In this document: one piece after another, positions 37,470 to 46,519 of the stretch | Layout of the letters: each line of letters starts with the position of its first letter | How positions within the stretch are numbered: position 1 is the stretch's first letter | From: an uncultured Nitrososphaerota archaeon | Lineage (GTDB): Archaea > Thermoproteota > EX4484-205 > JAAOZO01 | Assembly (NCBI GenBank): GCA_964408285.1 | Contig: CAYOYV010000001.1 | Coordinates: 192,001-256,000 of the forward strand | Direction: 5' to 3' | DNA length: 64,000 nt | Made by a program: the position numbers and the translations under genes | The notes under the pieces: model-generated | Databases searched by the model: none | Seen by the model: the letters and a program-made list of their open reading frames with translations, nothing else | Told to the model about the DNA's origin: nothing

Positions 37470-38849
37470 TCAGAAGTTCAGGAAATACAGGACAGCCTGT
37501 TGGATTACTACCGCAAGACCTGCCTTGATCCAACTTATCTCATGACTCTTCTTCAGTAGTATCAAGATGATGATGGACTGCCAGATCCGCGTCAAGATTG
37601 GCAATATTGTCCCCGAAGCTATTCTCACCTGCTCCGGGGTGTGTAGAAAATACATCTTGTTGAAGTAGATCATGAGGGACTGCGATTGGGCAAGAACCGC
37701 ATCGGCCTTCCATTCGGCCATGGCTCTATCGTTCTGAGCTGCTGATGGCACTGAGGCGTTCATTCGTGTTAGAAAGAGACTATCCTTAGTCAAAGCCGAT
37801 TCCACTATCCAATTCATATAGGTCTGGTTCTTCTGGGGCTCGGGAGGAAGACTGAAGTTGCATCTTAAGCCAACAGCCGTGGGCTCTATTGCCGTTATGT
37901 TCCCATTCGGCCAGCTCAAGCGGACCTGATCTTGAAGACTGCTCGAGGAAATTGAGAAATCTAGTCTAACGGGAATAGCAACGCCCTGCTTGACTTGAAG
38001 TCTTGTCCCATCCGGGAGAACGAGATAGGGCTTACCTGCTTCGAAGACATATCTGAATGTTGAGTTCAAGATTATCTCCTGTACTCCTTCCTGCAGATAG
38101 ATAGAACTCCCATCGGCGAAGTAGGTAATATGTCTACCTTCTGTGACCGATACCCTTCCATCAGAACTGAAGAGGAATGAACTCCCGTTGACTTGCGGGA
38201 TTAATAAGGAGAATCTCCAATTAACAGTCTTGCCAAGTCCTTCCGAGACCAGGGGCAGAGTTATGTTTGCGAGCATCTGTACTGAGGCAGGCTGAGTCAA
38301 TTCGACGGATCCATCTTTCCATTCTATATATGTCACATTTTGGTACACACGGTAGGGGACTACAATATCCGGGATGAAAAATGAGAGTCCAAGCCACAGC
38401 AGGCCGGTGATGATAAGGACTACAGTTGCATAGACCGTACCTGACATAATCGTTTTGACCTGGATTTCCCCAATCAGCAGTTTTGAGATCACGAGTAAGG
38501 CAATTATCGATACGGCCACTGTCAAGACAAAAGACGTGAGTGAGACCCCCCAGAAGTATCTCTCAAAATCCGTCTTGAAAGCTCCTACTGTGGTTGTGGG
38601 CAACCTCAAAGTGACATCTGAGGGCATGGCTATTTTCCCCATTATTATGAACGGTTGTAGGAACGAGAAGATCGCGTATGCAATGAACATGACGGGGATG
38701 ATCATATAGTCCGGGTCGTATGCGACATATGACATCGCCTTAAGCGGATTGACAACGGTGAGGTATATTCGACGCAACGTACGTACGGGATATAATATCT
38801 TGGACTCTTCTTCAAGTTCCTCTATCCCGGAGGGCGCCTCCCCTTCCAT
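37470..38849 (-). CDS. Yip1-like membrane protein with a large inserted extracellular domain
   Basis: Yip1-like VVNPLKAMSYV N-terminus and ISWIKAGLAV C-terminus, separated by ~250 aa of beta-rich sequence. Confidence 0.7.
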   Translation of the reverse strand: MEGEAPSGIEELEEESKILYPVRTLRRIYLTVVNPLKAMSYVAYDPDYMIIPVMFIAYAIFSFLQPFIIMGKIAMPSDVTLRLPTTTVGAFKTDFERYFWGVSLTSFVLTVAVSIIALLVISKLLIGEIQVKTIMSGTVYATVVLIITGLLWLGLSFFIPDIVVPYRVYQNVTYIEWKDGSVELTQPASVQMLANITLPLVSEGLGKTVNWRFSLLIPQVNGSSFLFSSDGRVSVTEGRHITYFADGSSIYLQEGVQEIILNSTFRYVFEAGKPYLVLPDGTRLQVKQGVAIPVRLDFSISSSSLQDQVRLSWPNGNITAIEPTAVGLRCNFSLPPEPQKNQTYMNWIVESALTKDSLFLTRMNASVPSAAQNDRAMAEWKADAVLAQSQSLMIYFNKMYFLHTPEQVRIASGTILPILTRIWQSIIILILLKKSHEISWIKAGLAVVIQQAVLYFLNF

Positions 38850-38856
38850 AGGGAGT

Positions 38857-39069
38857 TCACTTCTTGCGCCGTTTCCTGGGTTTTGTCAATTTCTCGACAA
38901 ACAGGTCATGGCCAACTATCTTTATCCTAACTCTCTCGCCCTCAGTGAATGGGAAAGTCGAGTCATTTATGAGTTTGCTAGGGAGATACAGAAAGTATGT
39001 TATGTATTCCTTCTTCTTCGGCGTCCTTCTTCTCAGGACATATAACTTACTCGTAGCTACCTGAACCAA
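38857..39069 (-). CDS. AbrB/MazE-like small DNA-binding protein
   Basis: YFLYLPSKLINDSTFPFTEGERVRIKI swapped-hairpin pattern; TTTATAAA upstream. Confidence 0.7.
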   Translation of the reverse strand: MVQVATSKLYVLRRRTPKKKEYITYFLYLPSKLINDSTFPFTEGERVRIKIVGHDLFVEKLTKPRKRRKK

Positions 39070-39180
39070 GGTCGTCTTCGTCTGAGATTACCCATTTATA
39101 AAACTTGCCAGAAAGCCGTCTTGGCGGGCAGATGACTCCGATCCGCAAAGATAACACTTTAATACGAGAATCTAAGTGGC

Positions 39181-39313
39181 GACCCGATGGTCGGTAGTTC
39201 GCCAAGCCGGATGGGCGGATTCCAACTGCCCCACATGCGATTGATGGTTTTCTCAAGGTCCGTTACCATGGGAGAAGCTGCGCGGGCCCGGCACGATTAG
39301 AGGCGTCGGGGGT
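39181..39313 (+). ncRNA. Putative structured RNA or tatD leader
   Basis: Starts just after TTTAATA (39158-39164); termini pair (CCCGAUG/CGUCGGG); nested stems GCCGG/CCGGC and GGGCGG/CUGCCC, plus an 11-bp hairpin at 39248-39276. Confidence 0.4.
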
Positions 39314-39317
39314 TCGG

Positions 39318-40088
39318 ATGTTGGGGCCCATTGATGTGCATTGTCATCTCCTTGACACTTGTTTCGAGGAAGACAGGGACAACGTCATAAAGAGGGCTAG
39401 AGAATCGGGGATCTTGGCTGTGATTGAGGGGACCCAAAATCTCTGGGAATGCAAAAAGGCGTTGGAGCTGGAATCATTGAACAGGGGATTCGTCTTCTTC
39501 ACCGCAGGAGTTCATCCCGCCTACGCAGACAAGGCCGAGTTGGCAAGGGTCATCCAGTTCATAGGAACCAATGAAGCGAACATCGCAGGCATTGGAGAGG
39601 TAGGCCTTGACTTCCGCATTCGCAGAGACGACGAAGGACGCAGTCCTATGCTTGATGTATTCAAGGCCTTCATAGACATCTCAGCTCAACTGAGCTTGCC
39701 CTTGATCGTGCATTCGAGAAGCGCGGGGCGTGCTGCCATAGATGTTCTTTTGGCAATGAAGGCGAAGAAGGTCGTAATGCATGCGTTCGATGGCAGAGGC
39801 TCTTTCGCAAGGCAAGGTGTAGACGCAGGCTTTTGCTTCAGCATTCCTCCCTCTGTTGTGCGTTCTCAGCAGAAAAGAAAGCTTGTTCGTGGCTTGCCCT
39901 TGGACTCTCTTCTTCTGGAAACAGATTCACCCGTTCTGGGCCCAACAGGCAAGGAAAGGAACGAGCCAAGGAATGTCTGGATTGGGGCAGAAGAGATCGC
40001 CAAAATAAAGGGGATAAGCCTCGCCAAGGTCATAGAAGCTACCACACGCAACGCAAATAGGATATTCAGCAGAATGGAGAGTCGGTGA
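39318..40088 (+). CDS. tatD: TatD family nuclease
   Basis: DVHCHL, GVHP, IGEVGLD, HSRSA, LLLETDSP. Confidence 0.93.
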   Translation: MLGPIDVHCHLLDTCFEEDRDNVIKRARESGILAVIEGTQNLWECKKALELESLNRGFVFFTAGVHPAYADKAELARVIQFIGTNEANIAGIGEVGLDFRIRRDDEGRSPMLDVFKAFIDISAQLSLPLIVHSRSAGRAAIDVLLAMKAKKVVMHAFDGRGSFARQGVDAGFCFSIPPSVVRSQQKRKLVRGLPLDSLLLETDSPVLGPTGKERNEPRNVWIGAEEIAKIKGISLAKVIEATTRNANRIFSRMESR

Positions 40089-40091
40089 CGG

Positions 40092-41066
40092 ATGCTAGGA
40101 ACTCACTTCTCCGATCTCAATTCCAGGGTGATCACCAAGGGCCTCTGTAGGTATTGTGGAGCCTGTGCCCTAATATGTCCAGTTGACGTAATAGCCATTG
40201 GAGAAGCGGGAGCATCCCTTGCTGGTGGGTGTGTGTCATGCGGGCTTTGTCTGAGAGTATGCCCTGTCCTTAGAATGCTTCCAGAGGTTCCCATCCAAGA
40301 AGGATTTCTGGCAAGGCCAGTCTCGAAGGTGCCCGGATCAAAGACATGCGGGGTTGTGACAGAGGTTTGCTGTGCTCTGCTTGAGGAAGATAAGGTGGAT
40401 GCTGTTCTAGTCAGCAGACTGCATCCCGGACTTCAAGAGAGGTCATATCTTGCAAGATCAACAAGGGAGATTCGGGAAGCCGCGGGCGCGAACTACTTCT
40501 CAAGAGGCCATCTCCATTTCATGAAGGAGGCCGTGAAGAAAGGTGAAATAGTCGCAGTAATAGGGACTGGTTGCTGTGTTGAAGGTGCAAGATTAATCAG
40601 TTCAATCTCCAACAGGCATTCGGCTCTGTTACCATACAAGCTTGGGTTATTCTGCAGTTCGCAATTGGACAGCGCAGTGATGCGGAAGGTTCTCCTGAAA
40701 AACGGCATTGATCCGCCCACTGTCAATTGCATAAACATAAGGGGCAGATCTATCTCAATTGGGAGTTCACTCGGCAGAGCAGACAACCTGACTCTGGCGG
40801 AGATATCGGCTGCAAAGAGACCCTCATGCTCCTATTGCTACGACCTAGATAATTGGGCAGCGGACATATCTTTTGGAGAAATGGGCGCACCTGAGGGGTA
40901 TGTCATCGTATTCGTCAGGACAAAATCAGGGAAAGAAATAGTCGAGCTATCAGAACAAAGGCTGGAATCTATCCCGATTCCCCCCGAAGTATTAGAAGAA
41001 GTCGGAAAGGTCAAGTCAAGCAAGCGTGCTAAAGCTAACAGCCTGAGACATAAGCATCTGGATTGA
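40092..41066 (+). CDS. Coenzyme F420 hydrogenase/dehydrogenase beta-subunit family (FrhB/FdhB) with 2x[4Fe-4S] ferredoxin domain
   Basis: CRYCGACALICP, CVSCGLCLRVCP, GVVT, GTGCC, LGLFC, CSYC, ADISFG. Confidence 0.85.
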   Translation: MLGTHFSDLNSRVITKGLCRYCGACALICPVDVIAIGEAGASLAGGCVSCGLCLRVCPVLRMLPEVPIQEGFLARPVSKVPGSKTCGVVTEVCCALLEEDKVDAVLVSRLHPGLQERSYLARSTREIREAAGANYFSRGHLHFMKEAVKKGEIVAVIGTGCCVEGARLISSISNRHSALLPYKLGLFCSSQLDSAVMRKVLLKNGIDPPTVNCINIRGRSISIGSSLGRADNLTLAEISAAKRPSCSYCYDLDNWAADISFGEMGAPEGYVIVFVRTKSGKEIVELSEQRLESIPIPPEVLEEVGKVKSSKRAKANSLRHKHLD

Positions 41067-41651
41067 TGGCATGAACATCGTAGCACCCAGATATGTTATT
41101 GACAGGGAGACTAGTGCGCTCACAACAACCTGAGACCAAGTGTGGGCGCCAAGTCTGACTCTTGCCCACATCAACGCCGGTATGAGGAGAACGCCCGGAA
41201 GCATGTAGAGGCCATTCTGCATGGACATGATGGTGAGGGGAACAGTTAGGCCGGAGACATGTATACTAATCTTCCATCTCCAGGTTATGAGTAGATAGAC
41301 GATTGTACCGAGAAACATCACAAATGAGAAAGATGCAAGCCACAGAAGCCCCAGATACCAGAAAAGGAGGGTGCCCAAGAGATATGAAACAAGGCCAAAG
41401 ATGAAAAGCTTCGGTCGCAGTTCCCTCCTCGAAACGAATATGTCAGACTTCTTCCTGACGAAAAGGATCAAGGCTCCAAGGTAGGGCAGTACTCCGCAAA
41501 TCAGGCCCGCCGCGATGCCTATCAAAGGATTTGGGGCTCCCCACTTCGCCACAGCTTCCTGAGTGGCTATTGCCAAACCGAAGAGCCCATCTACAATTGG
41601 ATTGGAGAGTAAGATCGATATGGCCTTTGCAATCTTCTCTCCCGTCTCCAT
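41016..41651 (-). CDS. PAP2-related membrane protein
   Basis: WKISIHV and WARVRLGAHT motifs; multiple TM helices. Confidence 0.8.
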   Translation of the reverse strand: METGEKIAKAISILLSNPIVDGLFGLAIATQEAVAKWGAPNPLIGIAAGLICGVLPYLGALILFVRKKSDIFVSRRELRPKLFIFGLVSYLLGTLLFWYLGLLWLASFSFVMFLGTIVYLLITWRWKISIHVSGLTVPLTIMSMQNGLYMLPGVLLIPALMWARVRLGAHTWSQVVVSALVSLSITYLGATMFMPSIQMLMSQAVSFSTLA

Positions 41652-41702
41652 GCTCTGAATAGTCTAATGATATTTATGTTTATAAAAGTTATTGCGTGCT
41701 TT

Positions 41703-42200
41703 TTATCTTTTGTAACCGATCTTCCTGAGGAATTCATGTCTTCTTTCCCTGTCCTGCTCAGTCTCGATTCCGATTGGTCTCGCCCCGTCTATTACTCCCA
41801 GCACTCCTCTTCCGGTGTCGTCCTCAGCGATCAAGAGACTCACTGGATTTCCGGTTGCGCAGAAAACGGTCGCGACTTCTTCTGTCATCTTGACCTTGTT
41901 GAGGATGCTTATCGGGAAGGCTTCTCGCATGAGAATGACGAACACATGTCCTGCTCCTATCCTGAATGCGAGTTCAGCAGCTAAGTTGGCCAGAGATTCA
42001 TCATTTCCATCATGTCTGACCAGACAAGGACCACTAGACTCGCAGAAGCCGAGTCCGAACTTGATGACAGTAGACGAAGTAGCCAGAGCTTCGTAGAGGT
42101 CCTCAACAGTTTTTATGAAGTGGGCCTGGCCAATTATCATTTGCGCCCCCTCGGGAGGCTTGGCTTCTATCCTTTGCAGCTTCACTTCAGACATCGCCAT
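41703..42200 (-). CDS. Adenosine-specific kinase-like / AMP-binding protein (DUF355)
   Basis: IIGQAHFIKTVEDLYE, GFCESSGPCLVR, FCATGNP, GRGVLGVIDG, IGYKR. Confidence 0.88.
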   Translation of the reverse strand: MAMSEVKLQRIEAKPPEGAQMIIGQAHFIKTVEDLYEALATSSTVIKFGLGFCESSGPCLVRHDGNDESLANLAAELAFRIGAGHVFVILMREAFPISILNKVKMTEEVATVFCATGNPVSLLIAEDDTGRGVLGVIDGARPIGIETEQDRERRHEFLRKIGYKR

Positions 42201-42247
42201 TGATCTGTCGAGGATCTAATATAAGATTTGGGAGGCCGAAATCCCTT

Positions 42248-43465
42248 TCAGGGGATCCTCCACTTTATGATTGGTTGGGCTGATTCAATCATGCTGATTT
42301 GCTTGATGGTCCTGTCCCTCAATTCCTGTGGACTCAATGGATGCCTAACCAACTCGCCGCCCTTGATTAGATCCTTCAGGAGTGGCTCATATCCGTCGGG
42401 AGCCGGGGATCGGTCCGGTTGCACGAGATCCTCTGATCTCTCCCAGCCTCTGTAGACCTGCTTCTTTCCGGAGACATCTCCTCTTTTCGCCCTAGCTATT
42501 CTTCGCCCCTCTCGGGTTATGATCTCTACTATCTTGCCACTGAAATCCACTGAGGGAGCGTCGCTGAGGTTTGTGCCAATCCCGTAACCATCCACCACAT
42601 CGTTGAGCCATCTTATCGATTCCTCATCAAGCCCCCCAGAAACGATGATCTTGATCTCCTTGTGTCCTCTCATGTTCAGTTCCCATCTGACCTCTTCAAC
42701 TATCTTTCTGAGATTGCCTCTTCTAGAACCCGGAGTGTCGATCCTTACCCCGTGAAGCTTCTCCCCAAGGGTATCTGCGGCCATAAGTGCTTCAATCTTT
42801 TCATCAAAAAGCGTATCAATTAGGGCTATCCTTGGGATTCTTCTGTCCATAACATGATCAAACGCTTTCCATGCTTCCCTCTGGTCACCCAAGATCAATA
42901 CCAAGGAATGCGGCATTGTCCCGACGGGTCTTTCACCAAGGAAGCGAGCTCCCAGAACATTCGACACGGCGTTCGCTCCTCCCACGAAAGAAGCCCATTC
43001 CACGGAAGGTGCAATCGAGGGGTGTACCCTCCTTGAGCCGAAACTCAGGATGGTCCTGTCGCCAGCGGCGAGGCGCAGCCTAGCAGCTCTTGTCGATATC
43101 CCTGACATCGAGCAGATGAAACCCAAGATGGGATTCTCCAGTTCAGCGAATTCGGTGTATTTCCCCTCCACTTGGATCACTGGCTCAGATACAGCACTAT
43201 CTTTGCTAGCGAGGAAAACGGTTCCTTCCTCCATTGCTCTCACATCGAGATTTCTGCCTTCTAGCAGCTTGGCCACTTCATATGTTCCAGTCACCACTCC
43301 CCAGTTGCCGTCAGGTATAGACCTAGCGAAAAACTCCATTACAACCCCTGAATCCGCGTTCAAGGCCTCCAGTATTTCTCTAGTGTATGTGAAATAGACA
43401 TCAGTTGTCAGTCCTTGCTTTACTTCCTTGTCAGTGGCGACCAAGAATCTGTTCGGATCAATCAT
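42248..43465 (-). CDS. pncB: Nicotinate phosphoribosyltransferase
   Basis: TTDVYF, SFGSRRVHP, GTMPHS, GVRIDTP, IVSGGL, AKRG. Confidence 0.9.
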   Translation of the reverse strand: MIDPNRFLVATDKEVKQGLTTDVYFTYTREILEALNADSGVVMEFFARSIPDGNWGVVTGTYEVAKLLEGRNLDVRAMEEGTVFLASKDSAVSEPVIQVEGKYTEFAELENPILGFICSMSGISTRAARLRLAAGDRTILSFGSRRVHPSIAPSVEWASFVGGANAVSNVLGARFLGERPVGTMPHSLVLILGDQREAWKAFDHVMDRRIPRIALIDTLFDEKIEALMAADTLGEKLHGVRIDTPGSRRGNLRKIVEEVRWELNMRGHKEIKIIVSGGLDEESIRWLNDVVDGYGIGTNLSDAPSVDFSGKIVEIITREGRRIARAKRGDVSGKKQVYRGWERSEDLVQPDRSPAPDGYEPLLKDLIKGGELVRHPLSPQELRDRTIKQISMIESAQPIIKWRIP

Positions 43466-43645
43466 GTCAGATCCATCGGGATTCAAGTTCTGCTCATTCA
43501 CTTCGGGATCTCTGACGGGAGAACAGAATAAAGACTTTTTGCAGGCACGCAAGGCCCCATCACATCAGCGGGCGGACGACACAGATGTCTTCTTGGCAAA
43601 GGATTTATCAATTTTGTTTGAGTGCACATTGAAGATGCCCGTGAG

Positions 43646-45598
43646 ATGGAGAATGATGCGCCCATTGAAGTGAGGAGCATACAAGGGAGATTTTTCCTAG
43701 GAGTGAATTACTGGCCAGCCTCAAGTGGCCCCTTTATGTGGGAAGAGTGGGAGTTGCAGAAGATAGAAGAGGATTTCCTGAGAATGAAGTCAATCGGCCT
43801 GAATTCAGCCAGGATATTCCTGTTCCTTCCACACTTCATGCGCACAGCTGACCGCGTGGATGAGGTCTGCCTCGAAAGACTGGATGAATTGGTGAAGACA
43901 GCCAAGCGGAATTCAATCTTCTTGTTTCCATCAATATTCGTTGGCCATATGTCTGGAGAGAACTGGGATTTCCCTTGGAGCAAAGGGCAAGATTTCTACA
44001 CAGATCCGGAAATGGTTTCAGCCGAAAAGCTGCTGTTAGGGACTCTGGCCGAAAGGTACAGGGAAGAGCAGCAAATAGTTGGATGGATCCTCTCGAACGA
44101 ACTGCCGTTATTTGCTGGCGATCCAGATCCCTCAATCGCAAGGTCGTGGACCGAATCGATGATCAGGGTGATGAGGGAAGGAGGAGATACCCATCCGATT
44201 GGAACGGGCGATGGTCTGTTCTCTCAGGGTTTCAGGGTCGAGTGGCTTGTGGATCTAGTGGACTGGGCCGGTCCCCACTTATATGCCCCATCCGGCCAAA
44301 TCATGGATCCCATCAAATGGTCATATGCGCATGAGGCAAGGATTGCACATTCGAAGCTTGGCAAGCCTGTACTGATGGAGGAATTCGGGAGTTCAAAGAC
44401 TCTCGTCTCAGAGGAAAACGAAGCAGCTTACTATAGAAATGTCATATATAGCTCTCTGATAGCTGGCTCCAAAGGATTCCTGGCTTGGTGTTTTTCCGAT
44501 TTCAAGTGCAAGGCCAAAAGGCCATACCTTCATCACTCTCTGGAACTGAAATTCGGCGTGTTTAGGGAGGATGGTTCTCCCCGGCCATCTGCCTGCGAGC
44601 TGAGAAGGCTGTCACGGATAGACACAAGGGTAGCTCTTAGGAGGTTCTCAGTGCCAGAAGGGGATACAGGGATCTTGATCCCTTCTCATCAGTACATCGA
44701 CCATCCTTTCGTTCACTGGAGGGTGGACAGAAATAAGTACAATTCGCTGTTGTTGGATGCCTTCACCATGGCTAGGTTGGCAGGCTTAGCTACTGAGATG
44801 ATCCGGGAGATCAATGGATTCAGCGAAGTGACTGAGGAAAATGCGATTGAGAGACTTCCGAATCTAGTTGGGAATCGTCTCTTGTTGGTGCCATGCCCGA
44901 AGATGCTGCTATCCGTGACCTGGGACAGACTTCTGGAGCATGCTCGCGCTGGGGGCGCCATTTATTTCTCCTATGCGAATGACAACTGGATCCCAGTGAT
45001 TAGAGAACTCGCTGGTGTCGACCATCAGCTGAAGTATGGTGAGGGCACCATACCCAAAGGGGGCAGAATCTCTATGACCTTCGTTCGGGATTTCCCGCCA
45101 TTTAGAAAGGGAGAGAAATTCGTTGTCCCCATTGCCGGACAAGGTACATCGATGCCACTCTGCCCCGTGAAGGCGAAGGAAGGACAAGCCTTAGCCGTCG
45201 ACGAGGAGGGTAATCCCATGTTCGTCATGAATCGCATTGGATCAGGGGTGGCATTCTTCCTGAGCTTCCCGTTTGAATGCTATCTTGTGAGCTTGGCTCA
45301 GAGCTATTGTCTCTACGAGTACGAAAGGCTCTACGCGGCCATGGCAGTACATGCCGGCCTGAGAAGCACTTTTCGATCAAGCAACAGGTTGATTGAGATT
45401 GGTACCCTACAATGCAAGGAGGAAGATGAGATCCTGCTGGTGGCGCTCAATCACTCATGGCAGCTCCAGAATGCGAGGATAATAGCTCCGGAAAAGGTCA
45501 GATCGTTTGTGGACGTCGAGACTGAGAAAGTGCATAAGGGCCCAGCCCCGGGATTATCCCTCGGACCGAAAGAGGCAAAGATTTTCTCCTTGACGTGA
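43646..45598 (+). CDS. Glycoside hydrolase, GH5/GH-A clan (beta-mannanase/galactosidase-like)
   Basis: GVNYWP, GHMSGENW, acid/base LSNE, nucleophile LMEEFG, WCFSD; C-terminal trimerisation-like domain. Confidence 0.85.
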   Translation: MENDAPIEVRSIQGRFFLGVNYWPASSGPFMWEEWELQKIEEDFLRMKSIGLNSARIFLFLPHFMRTADRVDEVCLERLDELVKTAKRNSIFLFPSIFVGHMSGENWDFPWSKGQDFYTDPEMVSAEKLLLGTLAERYREEQQIVGWILSNELPLFAGDPDPSIARSWTESMIRVMREGGDTHPIGTGDGLFSQGFRVEWLVDLVDWAGPHLYAPSGQIMDPIKWSYAHEARIAHSKLGKPVLMEEFGSSKTLVSEENEAAYYRNVIYSSLIAGSKGFLAWCFSDFKCKAKRPYLHHSLELKFGVFREDGSPRPSACELRRLSRIDTRVALRRFSVPEGDTGILIPSHQYIDHPFVHWRVDRNKYNSLLLDAFTMARLAGLATEMIREINGFSEVTEENAIERLPNLVGNRLLLVPCPKMLLSVTWDRLLEHARAGGAIYFSYANDNWIPVIRELAGVDHQLKYGEGTIPKGGRISMTFVRDFPPFRKGEKFVVPIAGQGTSMPLCPVKAKEGQALAVDEEGNPMFVMNRIGSGVAFFLSFPFECYLVSLAQSYCLYEYERLYAAMAVHAGLRSTFRSSNRLIEIGTLQCKEEDEILLVALNHSWQLQNARIIAPEKVRSFVDVETEKVHKGPAPGLSLGPKEAKIFSLT

Positions 45599-45705
45599 CA
45601 AGAGCGTGTTTTCTCCGCAGTGGTACAGACGCCAACTGACGGTTGAGTATGCACTGCGAAGCAATGTTGTCTTTAAATAAGACAGCAAGGAGCCATTCGA
45701 GCGCG

Positions 45706-46449
45706 ATGCTTCCGAGGGATGTTGCTGATCATCTCAGAAAGAGATTCCAGCGGGATTTGGAAGGTAACGTTAGGATCATCGTATTCGTGAAGGATCGGGA
45801 TTGCAGGTACTGCGGCGAAACTGCCCAGATAGGGCGGGACGTCGCTGAGCTAGATCCACGCATTTCGACCGAAGTATATGACGCAGGTCAATCCAGCGAA
45901 ATGAGGTCGAAATTCGGAATTGAGCTGGTACCAGCGACGATCATATTGGGTGACAGGGACTACAGGATAAGGCATTATGGGATTCCCTCTGGAGGTGAAT
46001 TCTCCACCTACGTAGAGGATATAATAAGCGTCTCAAGAAGGAGGCCAAAGCTAGATAGCAGGAGCTTGGAAATGCTGAGGTCAGTGGATCAGAAGGTTCA
46101 CATCCAGGTCTTTGTGACCCCAACTTGCCCCCATTGTCCGAGGATGGTCTTCATGGCACATCAGTTCGCGATTGCGAATGAGAACATCAATGCCGACATG
46201 ATTGAGGCTACAGAATTCCCAGAACTCGCAAGGAAATACAGAGTCTTGGGTGTGCCCAAAACAATCGTAAATGGAACGGTAACTGTGGTTGGGCAATTGC
46301 CAGAAGATGCCTTCGTCGAGTTCATTCTCTACTCCATTGGCAAGATCCAGAATTTGTCGCCAACCTTGGAAGGGGCCCTCAAGGCTTCAGACATGGGTTC
46401 TTCAATTCGAGACCGCTATAGGGACGATCCACTACAGACTGGAGCTTAG
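45706..46449 (+). CDS. Protein disulfide oxidoreductase (two thioredoxin folds)
   Basis: CRYC and CPHC motifs, YGIPSGGEF, GVPK. Confidence 0.92.
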   Translation: MLPRDVADHLRKRFQRDLEGNVRIIVFVKDRDCRYCGETAQIGRDVAELDPRISTEVYDAGQSSEMRSKFGIELVPATIILGDRDYRIRHYGIPSGGEFSTYVEDIISVSRRRPKLDSRSLEMLRSVDQKVHIQVFVTPTCPHCPRMVFMAHQFAIANENINADMIEATEFPELARKYRVLGVPKTIVNGTVTVVGQLPEDAFVEFILYSIGKIQNLSPTLEGALKASDMGSSIRDRYRDDPLQTGA

Positions 46450-46519
46450 GGCTTTCTTGCTTGCACACAATTGAAGACGAAAAAGAGATAATAAGGTCTT
46501 TCGTTTTTTTGCTTGGAAT

